Origin: an uncultured Actinomycetes bacterium
Lineage (GTDB): Bacteria > Actinomycetota > Thermoleophilia > Gaiellales > JAICJC01
DNA: 64,000 bases
NCBI GenBank assembly: GCA_963706075.1
Contig: CAVPLP010000002.1
Coordinates: 172,616 to 236,615, forward strand
Reading direction: 5' to 3'
In this document: positions 10,005 through 18,155 of the stretch, one piece after another
Layout: every line of letters begins with the position of its first letter
Numbering within the stretch: the stretch's first letter is position 1
Translations under genes and position numbers: made by a program
The notes under the pieces: model-generated
Told to the model about the DNA's origin: nothing
Seen by the model: the letters and a program-made list of their open reading frames with translations, nothing else
Databases searched by the model: none

Positions 10005-10118
10005 ACTCGGCGGCGATTGTGAGGAGTGTCCCGGCGCGATGCCTTCGGGCTGTCGCGCGACGTCGGCCGACCCGCCGGCGGGGGCACGTTGTCCGGCGGC
10101 CCACCGGACAGCCCAACA

Positions 10119-10158
10119 GACGAGGCCGTCTCTGCCCAGGCGGCCTCGTCGCTTTTCC
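10119..10158. terminator. Intrinsic terminator hairpin between convergent genes
   Basis: GACGAGGCCG-N12-CGGCCTCGTC forms a perfect 10-bp stem and is followed by GCTTTTCC. Confidence 0.6.
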
Positions 10159-10166
10159 GGGACCGG

Positions 10167-10340
10167 CTAGCGGGTCGGTGCAGCGACTGCGTTCGGGGGA
10201 GCGAGCACGCCGTCCGGATCGTCGAGCCGGCACGACCGGCAGAGATGCGATCCCTCGCCGGCCGGCGCGGACTCGCACCAGACGCAGAGCCCGGATGCGA
10301 GAAGCAGCGCGGCCTCGTGGAACAGGCTGGGAGTGCTCAT
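10167..10340 (-). CDS. Small Cys-rich (zinc-ribbon-like) hypothetical protein
   Basis: MSTPSLFHEAALLLASGLCVWCES...HLCRSCR contains CxxC...CxxC. The start was chosen at the internal ATG. Confidence 0.35.
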   Translation of the reverse strand: MSTPSLFHEAALLLASGLCVWCESAPAGEGSHLCRSCRLDDPDGVLAPPNAVAAPTR

Positions 10341-10478
10341 GGACTCGGATATTCGCTCCGAGGGGGCGGCCCGCGGCATCGACGGTTTGCGGTATCCCAT
10401 CCCCGTTTTGGGGTAGGTGACGGTTCTGCCTCAAGGTCCAGCCCAATGCGAACGATGTACATACCAAGACTCCGCCCC

Positions 10479-11132
10479 ATGAGCCCAGCCGATTTCATCC
10501 ACGCCCTGTCCATCGTCAACGAGCGCCTGAAGACCGCGCGCACCGTGGCGATCTCGCTGCTCTGCTTCGCAGCGGTGGCGCTCGCCGGCACGTACGGCGT
10601 GCGGGCGATCCAGCCGGGAATGGCAAAGACGATGGCTGCGATCGCGCTCATCGGCGGTCTCGGCGCGATCGTCGCCGGCCGGCTCCTGAACCTGCACCGC
10701 GTGGAGATCCTCGACGACATCCTGCTCTCGGGCTTCCGCCACGTGGGCGGGCCGGACGTCGGCCGCCGCGCGGCCGAGCTCGTCCACATCCGCCGCCGCC
10801 GCCAGCTCGCCGACACGCTCGAGCGCTTCGTCGAGGTCGCGGCGACCAACCATCCCTGCTCGGTGCCGCTCCACCGCCCCGCGCTTCGCGAGATGGCCCC
10901 GCAGGTGCGCGAGCTGACGGCCCGCCTGCGCGAGCCGAGCACCGAGGTGCAGGCGAGCGGCATGGTGCTCGTCCGCCGGCTCGTCACCGACGGCGCCGAG
11001 AGCCCGATCTTCGCCCCCGTCGGCGAGCCGCGCGATCTTCAGCGCGCGCTCGACCGCATCCACGCCGAGCTCGGCTACGACCGGCTCGACGAGGACGACG
11101 ACACGGGCACCGAGCTCCGGCTCGCCGCCTAG
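10479..11132 (+). CDS. Hypothetical membrane protein
   Basis: Two predicted TM segments (VAISLLCFAAVALAG and AAIALIGGLGAIVAG). The region upstream of 10479 uses rare ATA/AGA codons, so I prefer 10479 over 10446 or 10026. Confidence 0.5.
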   Translation: MSPADFIHALSIVNERLKTARTVAISLLCFAAVALAGTYGVRAIQPGMAKTMAAIALIGGLGAIVAGRLLNLHRVEILDDILLSGFRHVGGPDVGRRAAELVHIRRRRQLADTLERFVEVAATNHPCSVPLHRPALREMAPQVRELTARLREPSTEVQASGMVLVRRLVTDGAESPIFAPVGEPRDLQRALDRIHAELGYDRLDEDDDTGTELRLAA

Positions 11133-11145
11133 CCGCGCCGGCTCC

Positions 11146-12324
11146 CTACCCGATCTCGAGCAGCGTCGCCGGCCCGCGCCGTTCGAGGCCGCGCGCGATG
11201 ATCAGCCGCTGGATCTCCGACGTGCCTTCCCAGATCCGGTCGACGCGCAGCTCGCGCCACAACCGCTCGGCCGGGTTCTCGCGCATGTAGCCGCGGCCCC
11301 CGAAGATCTGGACGATGCGATCGGCGACACGGCCGGCGGTCTCGGAGGCGACGAGCTTGGCCATCGCGGCCTTGTGGTGGACGAGCTTTCGGTCGGCACC
11401 GGTGTCGGCGAGCCACCCGACGTAGTAGGTGAGGAGGCGTGCGGCGGTGACCTCGGCCGCGCAGTCGGCGAGCGCGAACGACACGGCCTGGTGGTCGAAG
11501 ATCCGCCCGCCGAACTGCTCGCGGTGGAGCGCCCAGTCCGTCCCCAGCTCGATCAGCCTGTCGCAGGCCCCGACGCAGCGGGCGGCGATGTGGACGCGCT
11601 CCTCGATGAACCACTCGCCCGTGAGCTCGAAGCCGCGCCCGCGCTCACCGAGGATGTTCTCGCGCGGGACGGGCGTCTTCGTGAACGTGAACTCGGGATG
11701 CCGGTACGGGAAGTTGTGGGTGTAGTCGGGATCGGCGGTCATCTCGACGCCGGGCGAGTCCTTGTCGACGAGGAACAGGGCCGGCAGGCGCTCGTTGCCG
11801 TCGACGGCCCACGCGAGGACGATGAAGTACGAGGCGACGTCGCCGTCGGTCACGAACCACTTGACCCCGGAGAGCTCGTAGTGCTCGCCGTTCCAGACCG
11901 CCTCGGCCTCGATCGCGCGGGGGTCGGAGCCGGCGTCGCCCTCGGTGATGGCGTACGCGTGGCGATGCTCGCCGCGGACGTCGGGGAGCAGGTAGCGCTC
12001 GATCTGCTCGGGCGTCCCGTGGACGAGCACGTTTGACGGCGACCAGACGAGCACCCAGAGGCAGTTGGTGAGCCGGCCGAGCTGCTCGTGGGTGACGATC
12101 TGCTCGGTCAGGTTGAAGCCGCCGCCGCCGAACTCCTTCGGGATGTTGTTCGCGCCGAGGCCCGAATCGAGCACCGCCTGGTGGATGCGTGCGTGCGTCT
12201 CGGCAGAGAGCCGGCCGTGGTTCCGCTCCGCCTCGTCCTCGATCGGTTGCAGCACGTCGTCGACGAGCGCGCGAACGCGAGCGCGCAGCTGGGTGTGCTC
12301 GGGCGAGAGCGAGAAGTCCATCAT
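11146..12324 (-). CDS. Acyl-CoA dehydrogenase
   Basis: 392 aa with the typical ACAD ending IWEGTSEIQRLIIAR. Confidence 0.9.
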   Translation of the reverse strand: MMDFSLSPEHTQLRARVRALVDDVLQPIEDEAERNHGRLSAETHARIHQAVLDSGLGANNIPKEFGGGGFNLTEQIVTHEQLGRLTNCLWVLVWSPSNVLVHGTPEQIERYLLPDVRGEHRHAYAITEGDAGSDPRAIEAEAVWNGEHYELSGVKWFVTDGDVASYFIVLAWAVDGNERLPALFLVDKDSPGVEMTADPDYTHNFPYRHPEFTFTKTPVPRENILGERGRGFELTGEWFIEERVHIAARCVGACDRLIELGTDWALHREQFGGRIFDHQAVSFALADCAAEVTAARLLTYYVGWLADTGADRKLVHHKAAMAKLVASETAGRVADRIVQIFGGRGYMRENPAERLWRELRVDRIWEGTSEIQRLIIARGLERRGPATLLEIG

Positions 12325-12340
12325 GCCTCCGGGCTGGGTG

Positions 12341-13471
12341 TCACGATTGCGTGCCGAATGTCGAAGACCGTCCGATGCGGTACCTGACCCCTCCGAAGAC
12401 GAGGGCCGCTGGGAGGTGCTCGGGCGCGACGCCGGCCAGCTCGGGCTCGGCGTCCGAGATCTCGATTTGTGGAAGCGCCGCCGGGTCGAGGCCGAGCGCG
12501 TGGGCGCCGTTCGCCGCCCCGACCGTGAGCAGGTAGGGCGTCGGGCCGGAGTCGCCGGGCGGCACGAGGACGTTTCGGCGCTCGGCAGAGCGGCGTGCGA
12601 TCGCCTCGATCTCGCGCACCTCCTGGATCGGGTCGATCACCGTGTTCGAGTCCGAGCCGATGCACATCCGGATGCCGCGCTCGAAGATCCGCTCGGCGGG
12701 CAGGTAGCCGTCGCCGAGGTTGGCCTCGGTCGTCGGGCATGCGCAGATCGTGGCGCCCGCCGCCGCCATCAGGTCGAGCTCGCCGTCCGACGCATGCGTG
12801 GCGTGGACGACGGTCGTCCGCCCGGTCAGAAGGCCGACGTCCGCCAGGAGCTCGATCGGCCGGCGGCCGTGCTCGGCGAGGCACTCCTCGATCTCGCGCC
12901 GCTGTTCGCACGCGTGGATGTGGACGACCATCCCCGTCTCGCCGGCATAGCGGGCGATCTCCTCGAGCCAGCCGCGGGAGCAGGCACGGACGCTGTGCGG
13001 CGCGAGTCCGACCCGGCCCGGATGCGCCGCCGCGAGGGCGTCGACCCGGCGCAGGTATGCCGCGACGTCAGGGTCGCAGAACCGTCGCTGGCCCGCGGTC
13101 GGCGGGAGGCCCTCGCCGGCCCGCTCGTACGCCGTCATGAGCAGCACGACGTCGAGGCCCGCCTCGGCCCCGGCGGCCATCGTCGCCTCGGCCATGGCGT
13201 TCGGCGGGTCGTACGGCGAGCCGTCGGGGCGGTGGTGCGGATAGTGGAACTCGCCCACCGCGACGTACCCGGCCGAGCGCATCTCGCCGTAGGCGACCAG
13301 CGCCACCTCGTGTGCGGAGTCGGGGTCGAGCCGCCCGGCCTCCGCGTACATCGCCTCGCGCCATGTCCAGAAGTCGTCGTGGGGGTGCGACGGGTCGACG
13401 TGCTCGACCACGCCGCGCAGGCGACGCTGGAAGGCATGGCTGTGGGCGTTCACGAAGCCGGGAAGGCGCAT
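12341..13471 (-). CDS. Amidohydrolase, formimidoylglutamate deiminase (HutF)-like, with an unusually short N-terminus
   Basis: The metal-binding motif FVNAHSHAFQR lies only 8 residues after the start. The later HIHACEQ and GSDS motifs are present. Confidence 0.7.
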   Translation of the reverse strand: MRLPGFVNAHSHAFQRRLRGVVEHVDPSHPHDDFWTWREAMYAEAGRLDPDSAHEVALVAYGEMRSAGYVAVGEFHYPHHRPDGSPYDPPNAMAEATMAAGAEAGLDVVLLMTAYERAGEGLPPTAGQRRFCDPDVAAYLRRVDALAAAHPGRVGLAPHSVRACSRGWLEEIARYAGETGMVVHIHACEQRREIEECLAEHGRRPIELLADVGLLTGRTTVVHATHASDGELDLMAAAGATICACPTTEANLGDGYLPAERIFERGIRMCIGSDSNTVIDPIQEVREIEAIARRSAERRNVLVPPGDSGPTPYLLTVGAANGAHALGLDPAALPQIEISDAEPELAGVAPEHLPAALVFGGVRYRIGRSSTFGTQS

Positions 13472-14682
13472 GCCGCGTATCCTTCCATGCCCGATGGCCG
13501 AGGTCTCCCGGCAGCGCTTCCTCAACTGGTTCTCGGAGCTCGCGGCGATCGGCCGGACCGAGACCGGCTGGAACCGTGTGGCGTGGACGCCGCTCGAGGT
13601 CGAGGCCCAGCACTGGTTCGCGGCGGCGGCCGAGTCGGTCGGGCTCCAGGTGCGCCGAGACGGCGCCGGCAGCGTGTGGGCCGTCACGCCCGACGCGGAC
13701 GACGGGCCGTGGACGTGCGCGGGCTCGCACCTCGACACGCAGCCCGACGGCGGCGCGTACGACGGCGCGCTGGGTGTGGTCTGTGCGCTGGAGGCCGCGG
13801 CGGCGATCGTCGAGTCGGGCGTGGAGCGGCGCCGGCCGCTCGCGGTCGTCTCGTTCGTCGACGAGGAGGGCGCGCGCTTTCGCACCGCGTGCTTCGCGAG
13901 CCTGGCGATCACGGGACGGCTCGACGTCGACGAGGCCCTCGCCGCCATGGACGGCGCCGAGGCGATCCACGGCGTCACCCGCGAGTCGCTCATCCAGAGC
14001 CGCGAGCAGCTCGCGCGTCGTCGAGTCGTACCTCGAGGTGCACGTCGAGCAGGGGAAGGCGCTCGTCGATCGCGGCCTCGCGCTGGGCGTCGCCGACGTC
14101 CTCACGCCGCGCCAGCGCTGGCGGATCGTCTTCACGGGCGAGTCGGATCACGCCGGGACGCGGGGAATGGAGGGCCGGCGCGACGCGCTCGTCGCCGCCG
14201 CGCCCTTCATCACGGCGGTGTCGGAGGAGGCGCGGGCGCGCCCGCACGCCGTCGGCACGGTCGGCCGGCTCGAGATCGCTCCCGGCTCGACGAACTCGAT
14301 CCCCGGGCGGGTCGCGTGCCTGCTCGACGTCCGCGCCCGCGAGGCCGGCACGATCGATGATCTGGTTGCTGCGCTCCAGGCCCGGTTTCCCGAGGCGGCG
14401 TTCAGCCGCGAGTCTCGAAACGACGGCGCGGCGTTCGACGCCGACCTGCGCGAGGCGCTCCACGCCGGCGCGGAGCGGCGCGGCATCCCCGCGGGCGATC
14501 TGCCCTCATACGCCGGGCACGACGCGGGCATCCTCGCGCCGCACGTCCCGGCCGCGATGCTCTTCGTCCGCAACCCGACCGGCGCGAGCCATACCCCCGC
14601 CGAGTCCGCCTCCGACGACGACTGCATCGGAGCCGCCCAGGTGCTCGCCGACGCGCTCGAAGCCCGTCTCACGGCCGGATAG
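13470..14682 (+). pseudogene. M20 Zn-hydrolase (allantoate amidohydrolase / N-carbamoyl-L-amino-acid hydrolase family), +1 frameshift near 14013
   Basis: The N-terminal half (GSHLDTQPDGGAYDGALGV) is in ORF 13470..14360. The C-terminal half (ESYLEVHVEQGKAL...GHDAGILAP...MLFVRNPTGASHTPAE) is in the frame of ORF 13312..14682. Confidence 0.75.
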
Positions 14683-14688
14683 GCGGCC

Positions 14689-14815
14689 TGTGGAGATCCG
14701 TGTGGAAATCGCGGAAAAGCTGTGGAAGCTGCGCACCCCGAGGCACGACTTTGGCGCACATTGCGACGTCGGGCCTGTGGGAAACCCGGGCACCGCTTGA
14801 CGCGTGCGTGTGGAA
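14689..14815 (+). repeat. Five same-orientation TGTGGRA repeats in an intergenic region
   Basis: TGTGGAG at 14689, TGTGGAA at 14701, 14721 and 14809, and TGTGGGA at 14776. All lie downstream of the M20 stop at 14682. Confidence 0.6.
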
Positions 14816-14906
14816 AGGGTGACGGTAGCGCTGCCCAACACCCCCCCAACCCTCCGGCGCCAGGCCCCAACGCATTCCGTCCTCTCGGGCCTGGCGTCGG
14901 ATCGGT

Positions 14907-15092
14907 ATGACGCGTCCCGCCCCAGCCATTCCCGAAGCGCCCGCCCCCGCCGAGCCTCCCGTCCCGTCGGGGCAGCTCCTGCACGCGCTCCTGTCGTCGG
15001 CCGGGCTGAGCGTCCGGGGCGAGGTCGCGGGCGTGCCGGCGAGCGCCCGGAAGAAGCGCGCGCGACGCCGCGCGCCAGCCGCGAAACGCTGA
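14907..15092 (+). CDS. Small hypothetical protein with a basic tail (61 aa)
   Basis: By eye, third-position GC is much higher in this frame than in the overlapping 14804 frame. The protein ends ARKKRARRRAPAAKR. No homology recognised. Confidence 0.3.
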   Translation: MTRPAPAIPEAPAPAEPPVPSGQLLHALLSSAGLSVRGEVAGVPASARKKRARRRAPAAKR

Positions 15093-15118
15093 CCGGCCCG
15101 GACCGGCTGGGCGGGATC

Positions 15119-16105
15119 GTGCTCGCGGGCGGCGGGTCGACGCGGATGGGCGAGCCGAAGGCGCTTCTCGACTGGGAAGGATCGCCGCTGGTCGTCCACG
15201 TCGCCCGGGCCGTGGCAGCGGCGGCGTCGCCGGTCGTGGTCGTCGGGGCGCCGGGCCAGGAGTTGCCCCCGCTGCCTGTCGGAATCGAGGTCGCACGTGA
15301 TGCGGTCGCCGATCAGGGGCCGCTCGAGGGCCTTGCGGCCGGGATGCGCGCGATCGGGGAGCGAGCCGAGGCGGCGTTCGTCTGCGGCGCCGACATGCCG
15401 TTCCTCTCGGCGGAGGCGGTCGGCCGATTGGCATCGGCTCTCGATGGGGATTGCGATGCGGTGGTGGTGGTCGGGGGCGAACGACGCGACCAGCCGCTGG
15501 GCGCGATCTACCGGCTCTCGCTGCTCGCGCTCGTCGAGGAGCTGCTCGCGGCCGGCGAGCGCAGGCTCGGGCTGGTCGCCGAGCGCGCGCGGACGCACCG
15601 CATCGACGGAGACGGCGACCTGCTGGCGGCGCTCCGGAGCGTGAACACGCCCGAGGATCTGGCACGGGCCCGCATCGAGGCGTTCTGGCGCAAGTTCGTA
15701 GCGGCGACCGGCATCGACGGCGACTACACCGCCTGGGGATTCGGATCAGACCCCGAGATGCTGACCGAGCTCGGCCTGCTGGTGCGCGACGGCCCGAAGC
15801 GCGCCACGGCGAGCCTGACATCGGCCTACGAGCCCGGCGAGCAGTTGCCGGCCGTCGGAGATCTGAGCGTCATCCTCGACGGCGCCGGCACGCCGCTGTG
15901 CGTGATCCGCATCACGGACGTCGAGACCCGCCGTTTCGGCGACGTCGACGAGGAGTTCGCCTGGACCGAGGCTGAGGGCGACCGCAGCCTCGCCCACTGG
16001 CGCCAGGCGCACATCGAGTTCTTCGCGTCGCACGGCGCGGACGTGACCGACGACGACGATGTCGTGCTCGAGCGGTTCGAGCTGCTCTGGGCTGGACCGG
16101 GCTGA
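15119..16105 (+). CDS. Fusion protein: molybdenum cofactor guanylyltransferase (MobA-like) plus ASCH domain
   Basis: The N-terminal part has LAGGGSTRMGEPKALL and the GADMPF motif of MobA. The C-terminal 140 aa (FWRKFVAATGI...KRATASL...EFAWTEAEGDRSLAHWRQAHIEFF) looks like an ASCH/YhfF domain. The start is uncertain. I use the GTG at 15119 because the sequence upstream of it in the 14804 frame has no MobA-like similarity. Confidence 0.7.
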   Translation: MLAGGGSTRMGEPKALLDWEGSPLVVHVARAVAAAASPVVVVGAPGQELPPLPVGIEVARDAVADQGPLEGLAAGMRAIGERAEAAFVCGADMPFLSAEAVGRLASALDGDCDAVVVVGGERRDQPLGAIYRLSLLALVEELLAAGERRLGLVAERARTHRIDGDGDLLAALRSVNTPEDLARARIEAFWRKFVAATGIDGDYTAWGFGSDPEMLTELGLLVRDGPKRATASLTSAYEPGEQLPAVGDLSVILDGAGTPLCVIRITDVETRRFGDVDEEFAWTEAEGDRSLAHWRQAHIEFFASHGADVTDDDDVVLERFELLWAGPG

Positions 16106-16109
16106 GCTG

Positions 16110-17069
16110 TCACCGACGCCGCTCGGCCCGGTCGTGCAGCATCTCGCGCACGTTGGCGAGCGGGCCGAGGTGGCGCAGCTTGTCGGGGTTGATGACCGAC
16201 CGAACCGTCTGCACCGCCCCGTCGGCGATGTCGAGCGTGATGATGTACATGAGGCGCCCCTCGGAGTCGAGGAACTCCGCGCCGGGCTGGCCGTTGATCT
16301 CGGCCCGCCGGACGGTGACATCCATGTCGCGAGACTGGCGGCCCATGCCGGCGAGCAGCTTGGCGACCCGGTCGCGACCCACGATCGGCCGCGGCCACGC
16401 CGGCTTCGTGCCGCCGTTGTCGCCGACGACCACGACGTCGGCGGAGAGGAGCTCGACCAGGTCGTCCATGTCTCCGTCCTCGACGGCGCCGAAGAACCGC
16501 TCGGCGAGCTCCTCGCGCTGCCGCCGCGACGCCTCGAACCGGGGCTTCATGTCGGTCACGTGCCGGCGCGCTCGCACCGCGAGCTGACGGCAGTTCTCCT
16601 CCGTCTTGTCGACGATCCGGGCCACCTCGTCGTAGCCGTAATCGAAGACGTCGTGGAGGAGGAAGACGGCCCGCTCCACCGGCGAGAGCCGCTCGAGCAC
16701 GAGCAGGAACGCCATCGAGAGCGAGTCGGCTTCCTCGGCGTGCCCGGCAACGTCCTCGAACGGGCCGTCGGTCACGAGCGGCTCCGGCAACCACTCGCCC
16801 ACGTACTGCTCGCGCCGGGCCCGCGCCGACCGCAGCTGATCGATCGAGAGCCGCGTCGCCACCGCCGACAGGTAGGCCTTGGGCGACTCGATCTCGGCGT
16901 CTCCGTCACGCACGGCCCGGTGGTAGCGCAGGAAGGTCTCCTGCACGACGTCCTCGGCCTCGCTGACGCTGCCGAGCATGCGGTACGAGATCGAGAAGAG
17001 CAGCGGACGCAGGTCCTCATACACGTCCGCCAGGTGCGGCTTCCGGCTGGACACGGTCGTGAGCATCAT
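16110..17069 (-). CDS. ECF sigma factor, group ECF41 (SigJ-like), with a fused SnoaL-like C-terminal domain
   Basis: 319 aa with sigma-70 regions 2 and 4 plus a C-terminal extension of about 120 aa. It sits directly downstream of an epimerase gene, the classic ECF41 context. Confidence 0.9.
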   Translation of the reverse strand: MMLTTVSSRKPHLADVYEDLRPLLFSISYRMLGSVSEAEDVVQETFLRYHRAVRDGDAEIESPKAYLSAVATRLSIDQLRSARARREQYVGEWLPEPLVTDGPFEDVAGHAEEADSLSMAFLLVLERLSPVERAVFLLHDVFDYGYDEVARIVDKTEENCRQLAVRARRHVTDMKPRFEASRRQREELAERFFGAVEDGDMDDLVELLSADVVVVGDNGGTKPAWPRPIVGRDRVAKLLAGMGRQSRDMDVTVRRAEINGQPGAEFLDSEGRLMYIITLDIADGAVQTVRSVINPDKLRHLGPLANVREMLHDRAERRR

Positions 17070-17077
17070 TCCCCACG

Positions 17078-18037
17078 CTAGGCCGCGGTACGCACCGGGA
17101 TGTCATCGAGCCCCGAGACAAACCCCTCGCGCCAGCTCGACCACATCGGCTCCCAGCCGAGCTCGCGCCTGGCCTTGGCATTCGACGCGCCTCGGATCTG
17201 CGTCATCATCGAGACGCCGACCTCGCCGATCGCGAAACGTGCGATCCAGGCCGGCACGTGCCGCGGCGGACGCGCGCCCAGGCACTCGGCCAGGTACGGC
17301 AGCCACACCGAGACGGGCGCCGGCTCATCGTCGACGATGTTGTAGACGCCCGGGGCTCCCCCCTCGGCCGCGACGACCGCAGCCGCAGCTGCGTCGTCGG
17401 CGTGAGTGAACGACCAGACGCCGGCGCCGTCGCCGACAAGCGGGAGCTTCCGCGCCCGGATGAGGTCGGCGTACTCGTTCGCCATCGAGGTCCCGGGGCC
17501 GTACAGGCTCCCGTAGCGAAGCGCGACGCCCTCGATCGGCGCCGCCGACGTCACGGCCTGCTCGAGATAGCCGATCGCCTCGATCGACCGCCGCTGCTGT
17601 GCGGGTGGACCGGGGTCGAGCGGATCGCTCTCCGTCTTGACCCGGCCGCCGACCCGCTCGTTGGGCCAGCCGGTGTAGCTCTGCGCCACGAACCGGCGGA
17701 CGCCGACGGCCTCGGAAGCGGTCAGCAGGTGGTCGAGGCCGCGTGTCCGCAGCTCGTTCGTGAGCGCGAACTCCTCGTCGAACCGGCGCAGGTCGGACAT
17801 CCCGGCGAGGGCCGACATCTGGTGGATGACCGCCTCGGGCTCGGCCGTGGCGACGGCCTCGCCGACAGAGGCCGCGTCGAGGCCGTCCATCACGACCGCC
17901 TCCGCACCGAGGGCCCGGAGGGTCTCGAGCTTCTCGGGAGTCCGGGCGGTCGCGACGACGTCGTGCCCGCGATCGACCAGCTGCGGCACGAGCCGCCGCC
18001 CGACTACACCGCTTGCTCCAGCAACGAATACACGCAT
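17078..18037 (-). CDS. NAD-dependent epimerase/dehydratase family protein
   Basis: MRVFVAGASGVVGRRLV Rossmann motif; 319 aa. Confidence 0.85.
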   Translation of the reverse strand: MRVFVAGASGVVGRRLVPQLVDRGHDVVATARTPEKLETLRALGAEAVVMDGLDAASVGEAVATAEPEAVIHQMSALAGMSDLRRFDEEFALTNELRTRGLDHLLTASEAVGVRRFVAQSYTGWPNERVGGRVKTESDPLDPGPPAQQRRSIEAIGYLEQAVTSAAPIEGVALRYGSLYGPGTSMANEYADLIRARKLPLVGDGAGVWSFTHADDAAAAAVVAAEGGAPGVYNIVDDEPAPVSVWLPYLAECLGARPPRHVPAWIARFAIGEVGVSMMTQIRGASNAKARRELGWEPMWSSWREGFVSGLDDIPVRTAA

Positions 18038-18070
18038 CAGAGGCTCCTCTCATGGGTTTGCGCACCACAT

Positions 18071-18097
18071 GACGAGACTCGGCCGTTCCCTGTGACA
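18071..18097 (-). promoter_or_regulatory. ECF41-type promoter (TGTCACA-N16-CGTC) for the epimerase-sigma operon
   Basis: The reverse strand reads TGTCACA GGGAACGGCCGAGTCT CGTC. This is an exact match to the published ECF41 signature and lies about 34 nt upstream of the start at 18037. Confidence 0.75.
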
Positions 18098-18124
18098 TGT
18101 CACAGCGGGGCGGCTCTTCTCGTC
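18098..18124 (+). promoter_or_regulatory. ECF41-type promoter (TGTCACA-N16-CGTC) for the MFS-ndh-GNAT operon
   Basis: The forward strand reads TGTCACA GCGGGGCGGCTCTTCT CGTC. The -35 element is the other half of the palindrome TGTGACATGTCACA (18091-18104). Confidence 0.75.
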
Positions 18125-18155
18125 CTGGGTGCGAACCACCCTGAAAGGACATGAG

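Noticed and set aside
10026-10445. The long N-terminal extension of ORF 10026..11132, and similar extended starts at 4328, 9186, 14804, 30808, 34291 and 37643.
   Set aside because: The extensions are Arg/Pro-rich or use rare codons. They overlap terminators, operators or convergent genes, and internal starts with Shine-Dalgarno sequences or conserved N-termini are available.
14689-14815. The TGTGGAA repeat cluster as a chromosomal replication origin (DnaA boxes).
   Set aside because: Only the first 6-7 nt of the 9-mer box match. There is no AT-rich unwinding element and no dnaA, dnaN or gyrB nearby. I kept it only as a possible regulatory repeat.
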